From Dudresnaya verticillata (taxonomy: Eukaryota): a DNA stretch of 64,000 bases. Position numbers and translations under genes: made by a program. This document shows positions 60,047 to 64,000 of the stretch, one piece after another. The number at the start of each line of letters is the position of its first letter. The first letter of the stretch is position 1. The DNA is taken from contig OZ374560.1 in assembly GCA_977862235.1 (NCBI GenBank), forward strand, positions 62,001-126,000, given 5' to 3'. The notes beneath the pieces were generated by a model. It ran no database searches. It worked only from the letters and a program-made list of their open reading frames with translations, and was not told the DNA's origin.

Positions 60047-60724
60047 ATGCCCACCGAGCATTCCAATCCCGCCGTTCCGCCGCCAGTCGCCTCGAGCCAT
60101 CCTTCTTCCCGCACCGACGGCAGTCCAACGGGGTCGCCTGCAGGTCATCCTCGTCCCGCGACGAAGCATCAACGACCAGAAACTTGTCTTGAGCTTTCTC
60201 GCTATGCGCTCTACTCACTGGACCTTGTGGCTGGAGTGGCGATGTGGGCCACGACGGCCGCGCACAACCAAGGCGACATATGCCCGACCTTCTCCCATCA
60301 ACCGCCGGGTCAGGTCCCGCCGCCTTCATCCTCTGTATGCAGTGTCTTCATCGCGTTTGGCACAGTACTTATGGTGCTCCTGCTTGGACTCATCGTGTGG
60401 CATAGCTTGAGATACTGCGGATGGCCTGGCATGCCACATCGGTTTGAGGCGTTTCTGTTCTTTCTTGTCGCGTTCATGTGGGTCATGCTCGGGGTCATCG
60501 CGTTGGCCACGAGCTCGGATTCGGCGAGGAGCAGTTTTGTCGAGGTGAGAGTCGTTGCTGCCATGGCGTGGATAGCCGCCTTTTCGCATCTCCTCTCAGC
60601 GATTCTTGCTTTGGTGCAGGCGACTCGTGATGGGTTGCCTGACAAAACGGATGTGGAACCAGTGATTGATCCGTTCTGGACTGATGATATCCTTCCCCAA
60701 CGCGATTCGGTGTTCGTGCTGTGA
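60047..60724 (+). CDS. Hypothetical 4-TM membrane protein (MARVEL-like topology)
   Basis: 225-aa ATG ORF with four hydrophobic segments, a Cys pair in the first loop and a Pro/Ser-rich N-tail. Confidence 0.7.
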   Translation: MPTEHSNPAVPPPVASSHPSSRTDGSPTGSPAGHPRPATKHQRPETCLELSRYALYSLDLVAGVAMWATTAAHNQGDICPTFSHQPPGQVPPPSSSVCSVFIAFGTVLMVLLLGLIVWHSLRYCGWPGMPHRFEAFLFFLVAFMWVMLGVIALATSSDSARSSFVEVRVVAAMAWIAAFSHLLSAILALVQATRDGLPDKTDVEPVIDPFWTDDILPQRDSVFVL

Positions 60725-62179
60725 TTCTTTTTAACTTGTGCTTGATTGCTTGCTGTTCTCCGCCTTGTGGTTCTGTCCAAGTTACAGAAGCAAGACACCT
60801 TGTCCATATTCCGTCCCAGAGCCAGTAATAAGAATGCTCTTCCAACGATCGAAGAAGATATTCATCTCCCTCTTCTCCAAATCTAAAGCGAGGTTTCCAT
60901 TCGCGACACATGTGTCACACACACCAACACCATTAAGTTATTGTCACCTCGCAGTTAGAATTTGTACACATCCCTTAATTAAGCGGGGTGGTCTCAGTCG
61001 TTTGCGCCAACTGCTGCTCTCGTCGATCTTGGTAAAGCTGATAGCCTACTCGCACCTCAACTGCAGCGATGGAGTAATTCTGAAGAAGAAGAAGTTACCC
61101 GCATGAGAAAACTGGAATACTTGGCGAGAACGTGCAAGAGCGCTTGCATCAGCGAGAAGCGCTTGGAACGCCTGGAGCGCGTCTCAGTGATCGGTTGCGG
61201 GTTTCGAACAAAGAATATGGGGTCATCGAAGTAGCTCTGCAGTTCGCATGTTACTCGTCGTGAAAGCAGACGGACAGCAGTTGCACGTGACGGCCGCAAT
61301 TGGACTACGAAAAGGAAGGACAAGGATGCATAGTCCTTGTTGGAGACAACGTCCAGTCTGAACATCCATACATGGCCCTGTTCTAAGAGCTAATGTAGGT
61401 TTTGTGTTTTTGGCTACTCTTCGCTACTCTCAACAAGTAAGTCTCAATTGTTTGGTAGAACAGAGCTGTCGCTGAGATGTGTGGTGCAACGGGGGGGGGG
61501 GGGGACGTAGAAGAGGCAGGGTCTCAGGGTCATCCATACACAATTTACGATCCGCAATGTTGCCGGTGTTCGTCGGTCCGAGGGTACTTGGGTCGCGAAG
61601 TCGTCGAAAGGGATCGTCGGTTAGGAGGGAAGAAGATGGGGCGTAGCTCTATTTGGGAGCACCGCGTAAGTATCTTTCAGCCATTGGGAAAGGCGAAGAA
61701 TACTCTTTCACGGTGCCCTGAGGGGCGCCTCCGGTGAGCGAAACACAGCGGTCCGCAATACGACTTTGTGCTGTACGTGTCAACTACGCAATTTCGCACT
61801 TTTGTCGCCAAACCCTTGGCGACTACCTCCTTCCTCAGCGTGCAGCGAGCCGCGAGAGCCGCGAGAGCGCGAGAGCCGCGAGCGGCACGTTGCATTGACT
61901 CGTGCGGAACATCGAACATCGACAATCACGGCGTTGTGGTGTTTTCGTCGCCGCACCACACTATTTGGATCACTACACCTGAATCCGCGCAGAAGGGCCC
62001 AATCGCTGCGCCCAATCGCGCCGCCACTTCCTTTCGGAAGCGAAAAACAAATGCGGTGACGCGTCTCGAGCAAACGGTGAACACCGCGTGGCGCATCAGA
62101 AATGTGCGGTGGCATCTCGCGCCCGCCATTCCTTTTTCACCGCATCCGTCCTTCCTATCGCCGCGGAGGCCACCCCCAC

Positions 62180-62274
62180 CAACACCGTCGCTCCCCATCA
62201 ACACCGTCGCTCCCCATCAACACCGTCGCTCCCCATCAACACCGTCGCTCCCCATCAACACCGTTGCTCCCCAT
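62180..62274 (+). repeat. Minisatellite, 5 x 19 bp CAACACCGTCGCTCCCCAT
   Basis: Directly visible; the fifth copy has one substitution. Confidence 0.95.
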
Positions 62275-62318
62275 CGTCACCGCAACCGCAAACCCTAACC
62301 TCCCACAACCCGCTCGCA

Positions 62319-63764
62319 ATGAACGGCAGCATGAACGACAGCATGCACGACAGCTTCCTCGACAGCATCTTCAAACGCCTTGACGACTATGATCAACCGG
62401 ACCCCTGGCCAAATCACCCCGACCATGAGTGGAGCATTCTGCGCTGCCCGGCGTCGCCAGTACCATCCTTTGCAGCGCCGCCAGGGAAGGTGCACGTCAT
62501 GCACGACATGACGCACACCCCGAGCTGCCCGACTCGCCCGAAGGAACCGTTCTTCTCCGATTGCACCCCGTGCAATGGTGTGCAGCCCCCGTGCGAGCTG
62601 GAGCCGCTATCTCTGCTGCCACCCTCCAGCGCCAACTACAGTTGCCTCCCAGAATTGGGCTCCCCGCGCAGCGCTCCGGCTGCGCAACGCAACATGGGGT
62701 CGCAGGGTAATGCATTGGCTGCGCTTGGTGATACTCTGGTAAACCAAAGCCTGCCGCAGCATGAGTCCAACGCTATGACTGATACAACCGGTGCTCCGAA
62801 CGCGAGCCAGCCTACTGTGACACAGGCCGAGGGTTCCACCTCGTGGTGGGAAATGCCAGGACAGCATCAGGTTCCTGTCTCCCCGAGTGGTACTATCGTC
62901 GCCCAACACACATCGAACAGGGAGGTCGCTACTGGTATCATTCCCGCCGTGCCGAATGGCGTACTTGTCTCTCCATCGCGGAAGCATACTCGCGCTGCAC
63001 AGGGCGAGAACGATGTGGCCCTGCCGGGGACCCGAGGAGCGTCTTTGCCCATAGCGGCAACTCCCACGACGCCAGCTCTGTACCCCGGCGAGAGCAGTCC
63101 GCCCCTTAGCTCTCGTACAACTCCCGCGCCGATAGCAGGGGGTCGGGTACAGCGCTCTCGTGGGGCGTCCCGTCGTCGGGGTCAGCAGCAGCCGGTGCTC
63201 TCCATAGTGAATGTCCCACCGGAGCTGTTGGCGCCGACACATATTGCCGAGGAACTACGAAGTGTTCTGGACAGAGCAGAGGTGGCGAAAACTTCTGCGG
63301 TCGTTGGCAACACGACGTACGCTGAAGCAAAGGCGCGGCTGGACGGTGTGGAGGGACATGTGAGGAACTTTGTGCGGCAAGAGCGCATACCAGAGCGAAA
63401 TCAGCAACCGAGCCAGGAGGAGCGGACCAAAGTTTCATGCCGGATGTCTGCTCAAGTGCGGGATTGGTGCGGACAGGCGCGGTCGCAGGCGCTCGAACAG
63501 GAGCTGGCGCTCGCGTGCCAGATTAACACGATGCTGGTTGGGTTGCTGGATCACCGCGCAGGTTGCGGTGACCCTGTGACAACGGAGTTTCTCGCTGTGT
63601 TGGGTAACAGGCGGAGGGTTGAAATGAGCGGCGCCATTGGGCGCACGGTGCAGGCGAAAGCAAGGCAAGCGCGTGTTGTCGCGCGACGCGGTGTCGGGCA
63701 CAGCGTGGCGAGGCAGCTACCGCCAATGCCCGGGGCTTCGAGCAAACGCGTGGGGAAGCGGTGA
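62319..63764 (+). CDS. Hypothetical low-complexity protein with helical C-terminal domain (weakly bZIP-like)
   Basis: 481-aa ATG ORF; EERTKVSCRMSAQ...QALEQEL. Confidence 0.6.
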   Translation: MNGSMNDSMHDSFLDSIFKRLDDYDQPDPWPNHPDHEWSILRCPASPVPSFAAPPGKVHVMHDMTHTPSCPTRPKEPFFSDCTPCNGVQPPCELEPLSLLPPSSANYSCLPELGSPRSAPAAQRNMGSQGNALAALGDTLVNQSLPQHESNAMTDTTGAPNASQPTVTQAEGSTSWWEMPGQHQVPVSPSGTIVAQHTSNREVATGIIPAVPNGVLVSPSRKHTRAAQGENDVALPGTRGASLPIAATPTTPALYPGESSPPLSSRTTPAPIAGGRVQRSRGASRRRGQQQPVLSIVNVPPELLAPTHIAEELRSVLDRAEVAKTSAVVGNTTYAEAKARLDGVEGHVRNFVRQERIPERNQQPSQEERTKVSCRMSAQVRDWCGQARSQALEQELALACQINTMLVGLLDHRAGCGDPVTTEFLAVLGNRRRVEMSGAIGRTVQAKARQARVVARRGVGHSVARQLPPMPGASSKRVGKR

Positions 63765-63931
63765 GTTTGTTCGATAGATGTCTGGGGTGATGTTTCTGCG
63801 CGTGGAGGGAAAGGTGTTATCTGTGGAGTCGCCGCGGAAAGCGCCTATGCTGGACATAGACTTGGTGTAAACGGTATGATTGTTCCTGCAAATCCATTCG
63901 TCGAGTGTGGGTGTGCATTGCTTCCCGAACT

Positions 63932-63999
63932 TGGACACGCGTCCACGTGGACACGTGCCCCCGTGGACACGCGCCCACGTGGACAAACACGTGGACACG
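63932..63999. repeat. Short degenerate repeat of (CAC)GTGGACACG units
   Basis: TGGACA occurs five times in 70 bp with several CACGTG cores; runs to the window end. Confidence 0.7.
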
Positions 64000-64000
64000 A

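Noticed and set aside
61480..61960. Solo LTR bounded by TGTGGTGC...GCACCACA
   Set aside because: 8-bp inverted ends are present, but there is no TSD (AGATG vs CTATT) and no homolog in the window
62180..62274. Possible CRISPR repeat
   Set aside because: Head-to-tail 19-mers without spacers: a minisatellite

Overview
Eukaryotic, transposon-saturated window; a red alga is my tentative guess from the intronless genes and TE types, and I could not verify it. About 58 kb is a deeply nested TE cluster. It holds five Ty3/Gypsy LTR retrotransposons with internal sequence, which I label E (~1.4-10.3 kb), F (10.6-16.6 kb), a B/A chimera (25.1-32.3 kb), C (36.2/38.7-51.2 kb) and D (52.6-58.1 kb); E, C and D retain a chromodomain integrase. 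It also holds at least five solo LTRs, a TA-flanked pogo/Tigger DNA transposon split by three LTR insertions, two decayed Mutator-like transposase copies, a 5'-truncated LINE inserted into the pol of C with a 9-bp TSD, and a 2.5-kb segmental duplication. The last ~6 kb looks like host DNA, with a 4-TM membrane protein and a low-complexity, possibly bZIP-like protein. The main finding is that four different Gypsy families (E, F, B, C) with dissimilar LTRs each carry a long ORF on the antisense strand between pol and the 3' LTR. These ORFs are homologous by eye (PxxW/YxxY/FEV/I...PxxVxY...EW...R(L/I/M)(F/Y), GDWxxFxP, SRDWxVRTDL, DAGQY), which points to a conserved accessory protein family I do not recognise. 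Other notable signals are a templated inverted insertion in gag F, a dense cluster of perfect palindromes at 19.5-21.6 kb, a candidate -1 frameshift signal, and a Gypsy element with WLDD/DYG catalytic motifs and no tRNA PBS.
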